A stretch of 64,000 nt of DNA. It comes from Syntrophales bacterium (GTDB taxonomy: Bacteria > Desulfobacterota > Syntrophia > Syntrophales > PHBD01). The notes beneath the pieces were generated by a model. The model was not told the DNA's origin. It was given only the letters and a program-made list of their open reading frames with translations, and did not search any database. Numbering within the stretch: position 1 is the stretch's first letter; each line of letters begins with the position of its first letter. The stretch is taken from contig DAOSEM010000001.1 of NCBI GenBank assembly GCA_035363115.1, positions 271,356 to 335,355 on the forward strand, in the 5' to 3' direction. Both the position numbers and the translations under genes were made by a program. This document shows, one piece after another, positions 18,921 through 29,195 of this stretch.

Positions 18921-19889
18921 TCAGGCGTGGTTGCGGAGCTTCAGCTCCTGAGGGTGTGGGTTGAGATAAACCTGGTCTTTCAGGTATGGCTCGTCGAACT
19001 TCCGGACGTAGTGGCGGATCAGGGTGACCGGGACGATCAGCGGGATATCGCCCCGGCGGTAGTCGGTGATGACCTCCTGCAGCTCCTGCCGCTCGTTCGC
19101 GGAAAGCTGTTGCTTGAAATACCCCGCCATGTGCTGGAGGACATTGGCGTTCTTGGCCGGTGTAGCCTTGAGCTGGAGGGCCTCCGCCATGAGCGCCTCG
19201 TACCGGGTATACAGCTCGCCCGCTGGGATTGTTCCGGCCTGGGCCACGAGTTTTCCCATCTCACGGTAGTGCTTTTCGCTGTGGGCCAGGATGAAGAGCT
19301 TGTGGATGGAGTGAAACCTCACCAGGCGCGAGGGCTTTCGGCCCGCCGCGATCATTTCGCGCCAGCGCCGGCAGGCGAAGATCCGCTCGATGAAGTTCTC
19401 CCGGAGGACCGGGTCCTGGAGTCGCCCCTCTTCCTCCACCGGCAGGAGGGGAAAGCGCTCCATGAAGATCCGGGCAAAGATGCCGGAGCCCTTTTTGACT
19501 GCCTGGCCGCCCCCTTCCTGGAAGACGTTCACCCGCTCCATGCCGCTGGAAGGGGACCTGCTCTTGAAGACGAAGCCGCAGAGCCCTTCCTTCTCCAGCT
19601 CGGCCACGCGGCGGCCGGCCCAGGCCTCCATGCGTCCGGTGAGATCCTGCCTGGAGCGCGTGGTGACCAGGCGGGGCCTCGCCGTGTCGCCCTCCAGGTG
19701 CATCGACTCCCGGGGAACCCCCAGCCCGCACTCCACCTCGGGACAGACGGGAACGTACTCCACATGGGCTCCGAGGGTGTCCCGCAGGTAGCGGTCCAGC
19801 TTGTGGCCGCCGTCGTAGCGGACGTTTTCTCCCAGGAGACAGGCGCTGATGCCGAGACGGATCCTGCCCGTAGAATCTTGATTTCCCAT
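18921..19889 (-). CDS. DUF523 (TudS-like) / DUF1722 (YbgA-like) fusion protein
   Basis: N-terminus RLGISACLLGENVRYDGGHK...PVCPEVECGLGVPRE (Cys-rich DUF523). C-terminal half RLVRFHSIHKLFILAHSEKHYREMGKL...LQHMAGYFK is YbgA-like. Family assignment is from memory. Confidence 0.7.
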   Translation of the reverse strand: MGNQDSTGRIRLGISACLLGENVRYDGGHKLDRYLRDTLGAHVEYVPVCPEVECGLGVPRESMHLEGDTARPRLVTTRSRQDLTGRMEAWAGRRVAELEKEGLCGFVFKSRSPSSGMERVNVFQEGGGQAVKKGSGIFARIFMERFPLLPVEEEGRLQDPVLRENFIERIFACRRWREMIAAGRKPSRLVRFHSIHKLFILAHSEKHYREMGKLVAQAGTIPAGELYTRYEALMAEALQLKATPAKNANVLQHMAGYFKQQLSANERQELQEVITDYRRGDIPLIVPVTLIRHYVRKFDEPYLKDQVYLNPHPQELKLRNHA

Positions 19890-19936
19890 GCGATCCCCCT
19901 CCCGCTCCGGAATGTCCGCCTCCCTGGCTGCGCCCG

Positions 19937-20632
19937 TCAGGCTTTTTTCAGGTGCCGGACGCCCGTTGCGCCCGCCACGACTACTTCCGAGACGGCGTCC
20001 AGGAACAGCCCGTGCTCCACGATTCCGGCCCGCGACTCGAGGACCCGGACCAGCTCCCTGGGGGCCATGATGGGGCCGAAACGGCAGTCCATGATCAGGT
20101 TGCCCTGGTCGGTTTTGAAGAGGCTCTTGTCGGCGTTGCGCCGGTGGGATACCTTCGCACCCAGGGATTCCAGGAAAGCCAGTTGGGACCGCCAGCCGAA
20201 GGGGATCACCTCCACCGGGACGTTCCGCTTGGTTCCCAGCCGGGGAGAGAGTTTCGACTCGTCCACGACGATGACGACCCGCCGGCTGGCCTGGGCGACG
20301 ATCTTTTCCCGGAGAAGGGCGCCCCCTCCTCCCTTGATGAGATTCAGGCCCGGGTCCACCTCGTCGGCCCCGTCGATGGTCAGGTCGATGGAAGGCCGGG
20401 CATCCAGGGTCGTCACCGGGATGCCGTACCGGAGGGCCTCCTCCTCCGCCTGGAAAGAGCAGGGGATGCCCGTGATGTCCCGGAGCCGGCCGTCCTTCAT
20501 GCGCTCCGCGATCAGCTTCACGGCGTGGATGGCCGTGCTGCCGTGTCCGAGCCCCACCACCATCCCGGATTCAACGAATTCCACGGCGAACGCCGTGGCC
20601 TGTCTTTTCCACTCCGCGGTGTCTGTCGTCAT
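19937..20632 (-). CDS. rpiA: Ribose-5-phosphate isomerase A
   Basis: VVGLGHGSTAIHAV, IDLTIDGADEVDPGLNLIKGGGGALLREKIVA and the VIVVDESK motif. Confidence 0.93.
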   Translation of the reverse strand: MTTDTAEWKRQATAFAVEFVESGMVVGLGHGSTAIHAVKLIAERMKDGRLRDITGIPCSFQAEEEALRYGIPVTTLDARPSIDLTIDGADEVDPGLNLIKGGGGALLREKIVAQASRRVVIVVDESKLSPRLGTKRNVPVEVIPFGWRSQLAFLESLGAKVSHRRNADKSLFKTDQGNLIMDCRFGPIMAPRELVRVLESRAGIVEHGLFLDAVSEVVVAGATGVRHLKKA

Positions 20633-21294
20633 GGTGTTCCCTCCCTGTTCCCCGGTTTTCTGGCGGTCAAGAGGAAGACCGTAAACTCCCGGATACCGCC
20701 CCTTTTCCCCTCTTTCAGGATTCGGGCCGCCGTTGTGGTCCCGACGGATTCGAATCCCGCCGCGGCGGCATCCCCGGCCAGCGAAGAGCGGTCGAATCCG
20801 AAATGGAAAACGCCCCGGTTGTCATGGTGGAAGCGTCCCTTTTCCGCGTCGAGGTCCGCCAGGGCGATCCGCCCGCCGGGATGGAGGACCGCGAAAACCC
20901 GCCGGAGGAGCGCGGGGATGTCCCGGATGTGGTGAAGGGTCATGCTGCTCGCGACCAGGTGGTACGGGCCGGCGGGGAGTGGACCGGCATCGATGTCAAC
21001 CTGCAGGGTCTTCACACCGGTCCAGCCCATCCGCTCGATCTTTCCGTTCAGAACCTCCAGCATGCCGCGGGACCCGTCCGCGGCGGTCAGTGTTCCGACC
21101 TTCGGTGCCAGGAGGAGCGTGAGCAGGCCCGTCCCGCAGCCGAGATCGAGGCAGTCCATCCGTCGGTCCAGCGGGATCTCGCGCACAATCGCGTCGGCCA
21201 CGTCCCCGGCGAGACGGACCCGCTCCGGCTTTTCGTCCCAGGACGTGGCCGCGTGGTCGAAATCGCGCCGCTGCGCTCCGTCGGATCCGGTCAC
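20629..21294 (-). CDS. Class I SAM-dependent methyltransferase
   Basis: ORF 20629..21456 trimmed to the GTG at 21292-21294, preceded by AGGAG with a 6-nt spacer. SAM motif I DCLDLGCGTGLLTLLLA; LHPGGRIALADL. The stop overlaps the rpiA start by 4 nt. Confidence 0.8.
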   Translation of the reverse strand: MTGSDGAQRRDFDHAATSWDEKPERVRLAGDVADAIVREIPLDRRMDCLDLGCGTGLLTLLLAPKVGTLTAADGSRGMLEVLNGKIERMGWTGVKTLQVDIDAGPLPAGPYHLVASSMTLHHIRDIPALLRRVFAVLHPGGRIALADLDAEKGRFHHDNRGVFHFGFDRSSLAGDAAAAGFESVGTTTAARILKEGKRGGIREFTVFLLTARKPGNREGTP

Positions 21295-21391
21295 GGAATA
21301 CTCCTGGCTTTCGAGTGAGGGTTGCTTGAGGGATGAAATACTATTGCACACTTTTTGCGCCGAGAAAAGGACCTCGGCGCTTCCGCCGCCT

Positions 21392-24300
21392 TCAGGCCGG
21401 TGTGGGGCCTTCGGAGGCCGGCGAGCCGCCGTCTTCCACAGCCCGGCCCTTCCCACGCTTCAGCCTCCGCCCCAGGCGGTCGAAGCAGACGTAGAAGACG
21501 GGAGTCACGTAGAGGGTCAGCATCTGGGAGAACAGGAGGCCCCCGACGACGGCCACGCCCATGGACATCCGGGCGTCGCCCCCGGCGCCGATGCCCAGCG
21601 CGATGGGCAGGGTCCCGAACAGGGCCGCCATCGTGGTCATCATGATGGGGCGGAAGCGGATCACGCAGGCCTTGTGGATGGCGCTCCGGGCGTCCAGCTT
21701 CTCCTCTTCCTCCGCCACGACGGCGAAGTCGACCATCATGATGCCGTTCTTCTTCACCAGGCCCACGAGCATGATGATCCCCACGAAGGCGTAGAGGTCC
21801 AGATTCAGGCGGAACAGGATGAGGGAGACGAGGGCCCCGAAGGCCGCCAGCGGAAGGGCCGAGAGGATGGTGACGGGGTGGATGAAGCTCTCGTAGAGAA
21901 TCCCCAGGACGACATAGATGATGAAAATGGTGACGAAGAGGAGGAAGCCCAGGTTTCCGAAGGATTTCTGGAATTCCTGCGAGGCCCCCTCGAACTGGGC
22001 CGTCACGGTCTGGGGCAGCACCCGGGCGGAGACATCCCGGATCTGGGCCATGGCCTGGTCGATGGAGAAGCCCTGCTTGAGATTGAAGGAGATCGTCGCC
22101 GAAGGAAGCTGTCCCGAGTGGCTGACCGACAGGGGGACCAGCTTTTCCTCGATGCTTGAGAAGGCTGTCAGCGGGACGAGCTTGTCGCGGGAGGACTTGA
22201 TGTAGATCATGGAGAGGGAGGACGGGTCTTCCCGGAACGCCGGATCCAGCTCCAGGATCACGTTGTACTCGTTGCTTGTGCTGTAGATGGTGGAAACCTG
22301 CCGGGACCCGAAGGACGTGTACAGGCCGTCCTGGATCTGGGAGGCCGTGAGGCCCAGGGACGACGCCTTGTCCCGGTCGATGACGATGCGGATGCGGGGA
22401 CTCTGGATGTTGAGGTCCGAGTTCACGTCCACGAGCGACGGAAGGCCTGCCATCTTCTCTTCGAGGGCCAGGGCCGCCCGGTAGAGATCCTCCAGGGAGT
22501 TGCTCTGCAGCGTGTACTGCCAGGCTGCGGTGGTGGACCTTCCTCCGATTGGAATGGGCGGCGGGTTGAAGGGGAAGGCGACCATGCCGGGGATGTCGTT
22601 CAGCTTCGGCCGAAGCTCATTGATGATGTCGGTCACGCTTTTCTTCCGCTCCGAGCCCGGTTTCAGGGTGACGAGGGCGAAACCGGAGTTTGACCCCTCC
22701 TCACTGCCGGCGACGGACAGAAGCCCCCGCAGGTCCGGGTGGGCCTGAATGATCCGGTTTACCTCGCCCTGGTGCTCCACCATGTAGTCAAAGGAGGACC
22801 GGTCGGCGGCCTTCGTGAAGACGAGGAAATAGTCCTGGTCCTGGGAGGGGACGAAGCCCTTGGGAATCCAGACGAACAGGAAGAACGACAGGAGGAGGAT
22901 CACCCCGGTCAGGCCGAGCGTCGCCACCGGATGGTTGAGGGGGACCCAGAGGGTCCGGCCGTAGAAATCGGCGGCCCGCCGGAAGAATTGCTCCGTCCAC
23001 TCCTGGAAGCGCCGCCGCCTGCCGTCGTGATAGCGGTTGAGGAGGCGGCTGCATAGCATCGGGGTCAGGGTCAGGGAGATGAATCCGGAGACGAGAATGG
23101 CGACGCCGATGCTGACGGCGAATTCCCGGAACAGGCGGCCGATGATCCCGCCCATGAAGAGAATCGGGATGAAAACGACCACGAGCGAGATGGTCATCGA
23201 GAGGATCGTGAAGCCGATCTCCCGGGAGCCCGTAAAGGCCGCCTGCATCGCGTCCTCCCCCTCCTCGATCTTCCGGACGATGTTCTCCATCATGACGACG
23301 GCGTCATCGACAACGAATCCGACGGACAGGGTCAGGGCCATGAGGGACAGGTTGTTGAGGCTGAACCCCAGGAGGTCCATGACGGCGAAGGTGGCCACCA
23401 GGGAAAGGGGAACGGCGATACCCGGGATGATCGTGGGCAGGAGGGACCCGAGAAACAGGAAGATCACCGCGACGACGAGGAAGATGGTCAGGAGGAGGGT
23501 GAACTGGACGTCCTCGATGGATTCCCGGATGTAGTCCGCCTGGTTGTACAGGAGCATGAACTCGACGGCCTCGGGGATCATCTTCTGGAGCTGCGGGATC
23601 TTCTCCTTCATGTCCGTGGCGATTCGGACCGTGTTCTGGCCGGGCTGCTTGCTCACGGCCAGGATGATGGCATTGTACTCCGTGTCCTTTGTCAGGAACC
23701 AGAGCTTCGTCTTCTCGTATTCGATGGCATCTTCTGCGCGGCCGATGTCCTCGATCCGGATGGGGATGCCGTTCTTGCTGGACACGACCAGGCGGTTGTA
23801 GGCCCGGGCGTCGGGGAGCTGGCCGGTCGATTCCATCGTATAGGACTGGAAGGATCCGTCAAGGGTCCCGCCGGGCCGGCTGACGTTCCCCTGCTTGATG
23901 GCGTCGCTCACCTCGTTCAGGCCGATGCCCCGGGCGGCCATCTTCCGCGGATCCACCCGGACCCGGACGGCCTTCTTCTGGGCCCCCATGACCTTGACCT
24001 GCGCCACGCCGTCCACGGTGGACAGGGAGCCGCTGACGAAATCCTCCGCCAGGTCCTGGACGTCCGTCATCGGCATGGTTTTGGAGGTCATGACGAAGTA
24101 CATGATGGGCTGGTCGGCCGGATTCGTCTTGGAGTACGACGGGGGCGAGGGCATGTCGTTCGGCAGGAGGTAGCGGGCGGCGGCGATGGCCGTGTTCACG
24201 TCCTGGGCCGCGGCGTCGATGTTGCGCTCCAGGGAGAACTGGAGGGTGATGGTCGTGCTGCCCGTCCGGTTCGTCGAGGACATGGACTGGAGGCCGGCGA

Positions 24301-24520
24301 TCTTCGTGAACTCCTTCTCCAGCGGCGTGGCCACGGTGGATGCCATGACCTCGGGACTGGCTCCGGTGAGGCTGGCATAGACCTGGATGGTCGGGAAATC
24401 GACGTTGGGCAGGTTGTTGACGGGAAGCTGCCGGTAGCTGTGGATCCCGAAGAAGAGGATGCTCACCATGACCAGGATGGTCATGACGGGCCGGCGGATC
24501 CAGATCGCGGAGAGGTTCAT
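21392..24520 (-). CDS. RND efflux permease (AcrB/MdtB-like, HAE-type)
   Basis: 1042 aa. MNLSAIWIRRPVMTILVMVSILFFGIHSYRQLPVNNLPNVDFPTIQV is a typical RND N-terminus. 12-TM, two-large-loop architecture. Confidence 0.93.
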   Translation of the reverse strand: MNLSAIWIRRPVMTILVMVSILFFGIHSYRQLPVNNLPNVDFPTIQVYASLTGASPEVMASTVATPLEKEFTKIAGLQSMSSTNRTGSTTITLQFSLERNIDAAAQDVNTAIAAARYLLPNDMPSPPSYSKTNPADQPIMYFVMTSKTMPMTDVQDLAEDFVSGSLSTVDGVAQVKVMGAQKKAVRVRVDPRKMAARGIGLNEVSDAIKQGNVSRPGGTLDGSFQSYTMESTGQLPDARAYNRLVVSSKNGIPIRIEDIGRAEDAIEYEKTKLWFLTKDTEYNAIILAVSKQPGQNTVRIATDMKEKIPQLQKMIPEAVEFMLLYNQADYIRESIEDVQFTLLLTIFLVVAVIFLFLGSLLPTIIPGIAVPLSLVATFAVMDLLGFSLNNLSLMALTLSVGFVVDDAVVMMENIVRKIEEGEDAMQAAFTGSREIGFTILSMTISLVVVFIPILFMGGIIGRLFREFAVSIGVAILVSGFISLTLTPMLCSRLLNRYHDGRRRRFQEWTEQFFRRAADFYGRTLWVPLNHPVATLGLTGVILLLSFFLFVWIPKGFVPSQDQDYFLVFTKAADRSSFDYMVEHQGEVNRIIQAHPDLRGLLSVAGSEEGSNSGFALVTLKPGSERKKSVTDIINELRPKLNDIPGMVAFPFNPPPIPIGGRSTTAAWQYTLQSNSLEDLYRAALALEEKMAGLPSLVDVNSDLNIQSPRIRIVIDRDKASSLGLTASQIQDGLYTSFGSRQVSTIYSTSNEYNVILELDPAFREDPSSLSMIYIKSSRDKLVPLTAFSSIEEKLVPLSVSHSGQLPSATISFNLKQGFSIDQAMAQIRDVSARVLPQTVTAQFEGASQEFQKSFGNLGFLLFVTIFIIYVVLGILYESFIHPVTILSALPLAAFGALVSLILFRLNLDLYAFVGIIMLVGLVKKNGIMMVDFAVVAEEEEKLDARSAIHKACVIRFRPIMMTTMAALFGTLPIALGIGAGGDARMSMGVAVVGGLLFSQMLTLYVTPVFYVCFDRLGRRLKRGKGRAVEDGGSPASEGPTPA

Positions 24521-24530
24521 CGTCCTGCCT

Positions 24531-25643
24531 TCAGGGCTTTCCGGCTGCCGCCTTCTTGACCTCCACGGGGAAGCCCTCCCGGAGTTTCAGGTGGCCGTCC
24601 GTCACGAGTGTCTCCCCGGGCTCCACCCCCTTCGCCAGGACCGTGTCGGGCCCCGCGACGCGGTCCACCGTCACGGGACGCTGGGTCACCGTCCCATCCT
24701 TCCGGATGACGAATACGTAATGGCCCTCCTGGCTTCTCTGGACGGCCGGCGACGGCACCACCAGGGCGCTCTTCTGGATCGTGAGTTCCAGGGCCGCGCT
24801 GGCGAACTGCCCGGGCCACAGGAAGCCGTCCGGATTGGGGAATTCCGCCTTGAGGCGGATCATACCGGAGTCGGGATCGACGGCATTGTCGACAAAGACG
24901 AGGACCCCCTCCCGGGCGTCCTTTTCCTTTCCGGGCAGCGTGGCCGTCACCTTCAGGGACGACTGCCGCATCTGGCGGCGGACGTCGGCCAGCCGGTTCT
25001 CCGGGATGGAGAAGCGGACGTAGACGGGGCGGATCTGGTTCACCGTGGTGAGGGTCCCGGAGTTGGCCGAGACGACGGCCCCGGGATTGACGCCGTACGT
25101 TCCCGTCTTGCCCGCGATGGGGGCTGTGATGGAGCAGTACTGGAGGTTGAGCCGCGCTTTCTCGGCGGCGGCGCGGTTGTCCCGGACGGTCTGAGACTGG
25201 GTGGTCTCGGTTGTCCGGTACCGGTCGTATTCGGACCGGGAGACGGCTCCCTTCTCCAGGAGGAAGGCATAGCGCCGGGCCTCCGCCCGGTCGTGGTCGA
25301 ACTGGGCCTCCTCCTTGGCCAGCCGGGCCTCCGCCTGGCGAAGCTCCTCGCGAAACGGGGCGGGGTCCAGGCTGAACAGGAGATCCCCCTTCCGGACCTC
25401 CTGGCCCTCCCGGAAATGAACGGCCGCGATCTTCCCGGTCACCTGGGGAACCACCGTCACGGTGCGGTACGCCTCCACGAGGCCCACGGCCTGGATCTGG
25501 ACGGGCATGTCCTTCCGGACCGCCTCGCCGGCTGTGATGGGCACCGCCGCCGACGCATGCTGCGCTTCCTTCTTTCCGCATCCGGCTGCCGAGAAACCGA
25601 CAGCCAGCAGCAATACCATCCCGAGGAGAACGCCTCTTTTCAT
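24531..25643 (-). CDS. RND efflux periplasmic adaptor (MFP) lipoprotein
   Basis: Signal peptide with lipobox (FSAAGC). HlyD_D23-like motifs (YCSITAPIAGKTG, FLWPGQFA). Confidence 0.9.
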   Translation of the reverse strand: MKRGVLLGMVLLLAVGFSAAGCGKKEAQHASAAVPITAGEAVRKDMPVQIQAVGLVEAYRTVTVVPQVTGKIAAVHFREGQEVRKGDLLFSLDPAPFREELRQAEARLAKEEAQFDHDRAEARRYAFLLEKGAVSRSEYDRYRTTETTQSQTVRDNRAAAEKARLNLQYCSITAPIAGKTGTYGVNPGAVVSANSGTLTTVNQIRPVYVRFSIPENRLADVRRQMRQSSLKVTATLPGKEKDAREGVLVFVDNAVDPDSGMIRLKAEFPNPDGFLWPGQFASAALELTIQKSALVVPSPAVQRSQEGHYVFVIRKDGTVTQRPVTVDRVAGPDTVLAKGVEPGETLVTDGHLKLREGFPVEVKKAAAGKP

Positions 25644-26956
25644 ATCTTCTTCCCCGTGGCCTTTTCGATGGCGGACTGGGCCTTCCGGTAGTCGTAGAGG
25701 GCCTGGATATGTTTCAGTTTCGCATCGCTGAAGCCCACCGTGGCGTCTGTGACCTCCACCGGCGTGCTCAGCCCCGCCGAGTACTTGAGCGTTACGATTT
25801 CCAGGTTTTCCTCCGCCTGCCGGACGGCCAGGGCTGCGTCAGAGATGCTTCTTTCCGCCTTCAGCAGGTTCAGGCAGGCCTTCTGGATCTCCGTGCGGAC
25901 ATCGAGCCGCTTGGAATCCAGCTGGGCCTGGAGCTTGTTCCGCTTCGCCAGGGCCTCCCGGATGCGGTTTTGCGTGGCCATGCCCTCGAAGAAATTGACC
26001 GACACGGTCACACCGGCATTCCAGCCCCGGGAGAGGGGCCTTTCGCTCCCGTCATACGAGTAGCCGGCCTTGCCGCTGAGGCTGGGGAGATACTCCTTCC
26101 GGGCCAGGTCGATTTCCCGCTCCGCCGCTTCGAGCTGTGCCGCCAGGGATTTCAGGTCCGACCGGGACTCCAGGGCCTGGGCCGTCGCTTCGTCAAGGAC
26201 GACCGGGTAGCGCTGGAACGCCAGGTTGTCCTCGATCCGGTAGGACGGGGGAGAGGGGATGCCCATGACCTGGTTCATGCTCACCCGGGCCAGCATCTCT
26301 TCGTTTTCGGCGGAGGTCAGCTCCAGCCGGGCGTTGCTCAGGTCCACTTCCGCCTTGGTCACGTCGTAGCGGGACTTGGTCCCGGCCTCGAAGAAGAGCT
26401 TTGCCTGCCGGAGATGCGCCTCGAACTTGCCGGCCTTCTCCGTCTGCACCTCCCGGTTGCGGGAGGTCCGGAGGAGCTCGTAATAGGCCTCTCGGACGGA
26501 GTGGACCAGGGCCAGCCGCTGGTTTTCCAGGTCGTGCAGGGAGGCGTCCCGGGACAGATCCCTCATCCGGATGGTCGCTTCCCGTTTTCCGAAATCGTAG
26601 ATGTTCTGGGTGAGGGTGGCGGAGGCGCTGTAGTAGCTGTACGATTCCAGGGGAATCAGGGAGTAGTTGTCGGCGGCGTTCCGGTCGTCGGGGGTGTAGC
26701 GCGTGTAGCCGCCGGTGACGTCGATCTTGGGGAAGTAGTCCTTCCTCGCCTGGGCCGCCTGGGCCTCCCGGGCCTCCGCTTCATACGCATAGGCCGCCAG
26801 GGCCGGATGCCGCTTCAGGGCAATCTCGATGCAGCGGGAAAGGGAGAGGGTCTCGCCTTCCCGGATGGCCGGCACCTCCGCCCGGGCCGATACGGTCGTG
26901 AAAAGAAGGAAAAGGGCGATCGGGAACAGGGTGAGCCGGAGATTTCTGAGACCCAT
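25640..26956 (-). CDS. TolC-like outer membrane efflux protein
   Basis: ORF trimmed to MGLRNLRLTLFPIALFLLFTTVSARA (signal peptide). Two OEP repeats (LSLSRCIEIALKRHPALAA..., LDEATAQALESRSDLKSLAAQLEAAE). 4-nt overlap with the MFP start. Confidence 0.88.
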   Translation of the reverse strand: MGLRNLRLTLFPIALFLLFTTVSARAEVPAIREGETLSLSRCIEIALKRHPALAAYAYEAEAREAQAAQARKDYFPKIDVTGGYTRYTPDDRNAADNYSLIPLESYSYYSASATLTQNIYDFGKREATIRMRDLSRDASLHDLENQRLALVHSVREAYYELLRTSRNREVQTEKAGKFEAHLRQAKLFFEAGTKSRYDVTKAEVDLSNARLELTSAENEEMLARVSMNQVMGIPSPPSYRIEDNLAFQRYPVVLDEATAQALESRSDLKSLAAQLEAAEREIDLARKEYLPSLSGKAGYSYDGSERPLSRGWNAGVTVSVNFFEGMATQNRIREALAKRNKLQAQLDSKRLDVRTEIQKACLNLLKAERSISDAALAVRQAEENLEIVTLKYSAGLSTPVEVTDATVGFSDAKLKHIQALYDYRKAQSAIEKATGKKI

Positions 26957-27097
26957 GGATCGCTCCGTGTCTTTTCCTTCCGCCGCAGGGAGTGGCCGGA
27001 GGCGGCGGATATGCGCCACCATACACAAGTTTCGTCCCGTGATCAAGGAGACCCATGGAAGGGTGAGCGGATTCCCGGTCTCTCTCCCGCCGGAGGT

Positions 27098-27709
27098 TCA
27101 CTGCAGAAGCATGCCCAGCCGGTCCCAGCGGACCCATGTGTCGTCGCGGTTCCAGGACCAGTAGATGACAAAGGCCTTGCCCATGACGTCCTTGAGGTCG
27201 ACGAAGCCCCAGAACCGGCTGTCGTAGCTCTGGTCGCGATTGTCTCCCATCACGAAGATCGTGTCCCTGGGAACGGTAACGGGGCCGAAGTTGTCACGCG
27301 GCTGCAGGGAGGCCGGGAAGATGACCTCGTCCACGTGGACCCCGTGGCCGTCGTTCTGGGGATTGCCGTTCAGAAAGATCTGCTTGTTCCTGATTTCGAC
27401 GGTGTCCCCCCCGACGGCGATGACCCGCTTGATGAAATCCTTGGAGCGGTCTTCCGGGTAGATGAAGACGACAATGTCACCCCGCTTCGGATCCTTGATG
27501 GGAATCAGGGTATTGCGGACGAAGGGGATCTTGACCCCGTAAATGAACTTGTTCACCAGGATGTGGTCCCCGATCAGCAGGGTCGGCTTCATGGATCCCG
27601 AGGGGATCTTGAAGGCCTGCACGAGGAAGGTGCGGATGAACAGGGCGATCAGAATGGCGATGATGATCGCCTCGACGTACTCCTGGGTCTTGGACTTTGG
27701 TTTCGACAT
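27098..27709 (-). CDS. lepB: Signal peptidase I
   Basis: Catalytic Ser motif IPSGSMKPTLLIGD, Lys box FIKRVIAVGGDTVE, and GDNRDQSYDSRFWG. Confidence 0.93.
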   Translation of the reverse strand: MSKPKSKTQEYVEAIIIAILIALFIRTFLVQAFKIPSGSMKPTLLIGDHILVNKFIYGVKIPFVRNTLIPIKDPKRGDIVVFIYPEDRSKDFIKRVIAVGGDTVEIRNKQIFLNGNPQNDGHGVHVDEVIFPASLQPRDNFGPVTVPRDTIFVMGDNRDQSYDSRFWGFVDLKDVMGKAFVIYWSWNRDDTWVRWDRLGMLLQ

Positions 27710-27717
27710 GGCTTCCG

Positions 27718-28230
27718 TTACGAATAAATGTTGATGAGGGTAACGACGATCATGACCAGGGCGGCGCCTCCCTTTGCCAGGATGACCGCCATCCCGCCCA
27801 GAATCGACCCCAGGCCGGCGCGCAGGGCCGGCCGGATCTTCCGCTGTTGCATCATTTCCACGGCAAAAACGCCGGCAAATCCTCCGGCGAAGGCCCCCAG
27901 CACCGTTCCCAGGCCGAACAGGAACGGGGTGAAGAGAAACATGCCGGCGATGCTGCCCAGGATCGCCGCCCAGGCGCCCTTCCGGGAGGCTCCGAACCGG
28001 GCCGCACCGACCGCCCGGAGGCCGAAGTCGAGCGCCTCCGCCAGGGCCGCCAGGAAGACCAGAATCAGGAGGACCTTCCAGCCCAGGGTGGCGAATCCCG
28101 TCGCGGCGGCGTACACAAGGGCCGCCGCCAGGATCAGGAACTGGCCGGGCAGTCCGAGCAGGGTGGCCAGCAATCCCACCAGGAAGGTGATGATGAGAAG
28201 AAAGATGCCGGCCGATTCCAGAAAGGACAA
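27718..28230 (-). CDS. DUF456 family membrane protein
   Basis: 170-aa protein with four hydrophobic helices and a LGLPGQFLIL motif. Sits between secF and lepB. Family assignment is from memory. Confidence 0.65.
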   Translation of the reverse strand: MSFLESAGIFLLIITFLVGLLATLLGLPGQFLILAAALVYAAATGFATLGWKVLLILVFLAALAEALDFGLRAVGAARFGASRKGAWAAILGSIAGMFLFTPFLFGLGTVLGAFAGGFAGVFAVEMMQQRKIRPALRAGLGSILGGMAVILAKGGAALVMIVVTLINIYS

Positions 28231-28231
28231 G

Positions 28232-29143
28232 TTACTTTTTCCCCTTTTTCCCTGCCGGCCGGAGCCTCTCCCAGGCCAGCACGATGGAGCTGGCGATGAA
28301 AATGGAGGAATAGGTTCCGATCACGATGCCGACGAGGAGGGTAAAGGCAAAGTCGTGGATCACCGCTCCCCCCAGGAAGAAGAGCGCCACCAGGACGATG
28401 AAGACCGTCAGGGCGGTCAGGATGGTCCGGCTCAGGGTTTCGTTCACGCTGGTGTTGATCAGCGTGGCCAGGTCCTGCTTGATGTTTTTCCGGACGTTTT
28501 CCCGGATCCGGTCGAAGACGACGATGGTGTCGTTGATGGAGTAGCCGATGATCGTAAGCAGGGCCGCCACGATGGTGAGGTCGAACTCCTTGCCCAGGAG
28601 CGACAGTGCCCCCACGGTGATGATCGTGTCGTGCACCAGGGCCAGGATGCCGCCCACGCCGTAACGGAACTCGAACCGGAAGGCGATGTAGATGAGCATG
28701 CCGACCCAGGAAAAGAAAATCGCCAGGAGCGCCTTCTTGGTCAGGTCTTTCCCGACCTTGGGTCCCACGTACTCGACGCGGCGGATGTCGAAGGTCCCCG
28801 CTCCGAGGGCGGACGTCAGGGCCTGCTGGATCTTGTCGCTTGTTTCTTTTGTGTTTTCAGCCGAGTCGCCGATGCGCACCACCACCTCGTTCTCACCGTA
28901 CTGCTGGATGGTGCTCCCCTCCAGGCCGATGGGCTTGAAGGCCGCCCGGATCTTCTCCGGGGCCGGCTCGTGCTGGAACTTGATCTGAATGAGAGTCCCC
29001 CCGGCAAAGTCGATGCCGTAGTTGAGACCTCCGTGCCAGACGATGGAGGCGATGCTGATGACGATCAGTGCCAGGGATATGCCGAAGGCGATCTTCATCT
29101 TGCCGACGAAATCGAAGTTGGTACCCGCCTTGATCAGTTCCAT
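28232..29143 (-). CDS. secF: Protein translocase subunit SecF
   Basis: NFDFVGKMKIAFGISLALIVISIASIV...GIDFAGGT and a C-terminal six-TM SecDF domain (SINDTIVVFDRIREN). Confidence 0.93.
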   Translation of the reverse strand: MELIKAGTNFDFVGKMKIAFGISLALIVISIASIVWHGGLNYGIDFAGGTLIQIKFQHEPAPEKIRAAFKPIGLEGSTIQQYGENEVVVRIGDSAENTKETSDKIQQALTSALGAGTFDIRRVEYVGPKVGKDLTKKALLAIFFSWVGMLIYIAFRFEFRYGVGGILALVHDTIITVGALSLLGKEFDLTIVAALLTIIGYSINDTIVVFDRIRENVRKNIKQDLATLINTSVNETLSRTILTALTVFIVLVALFFLGGAVIHDFAFTLLVGIVIGTYSSIFIASSIVLAWERLRPAGKKGKK

Positions 29144-29195
29144 GCGGTGCTCCTCAGTTTGGGAAATGGCGTCCGGGGTTCTTTCCGCCCCGGTT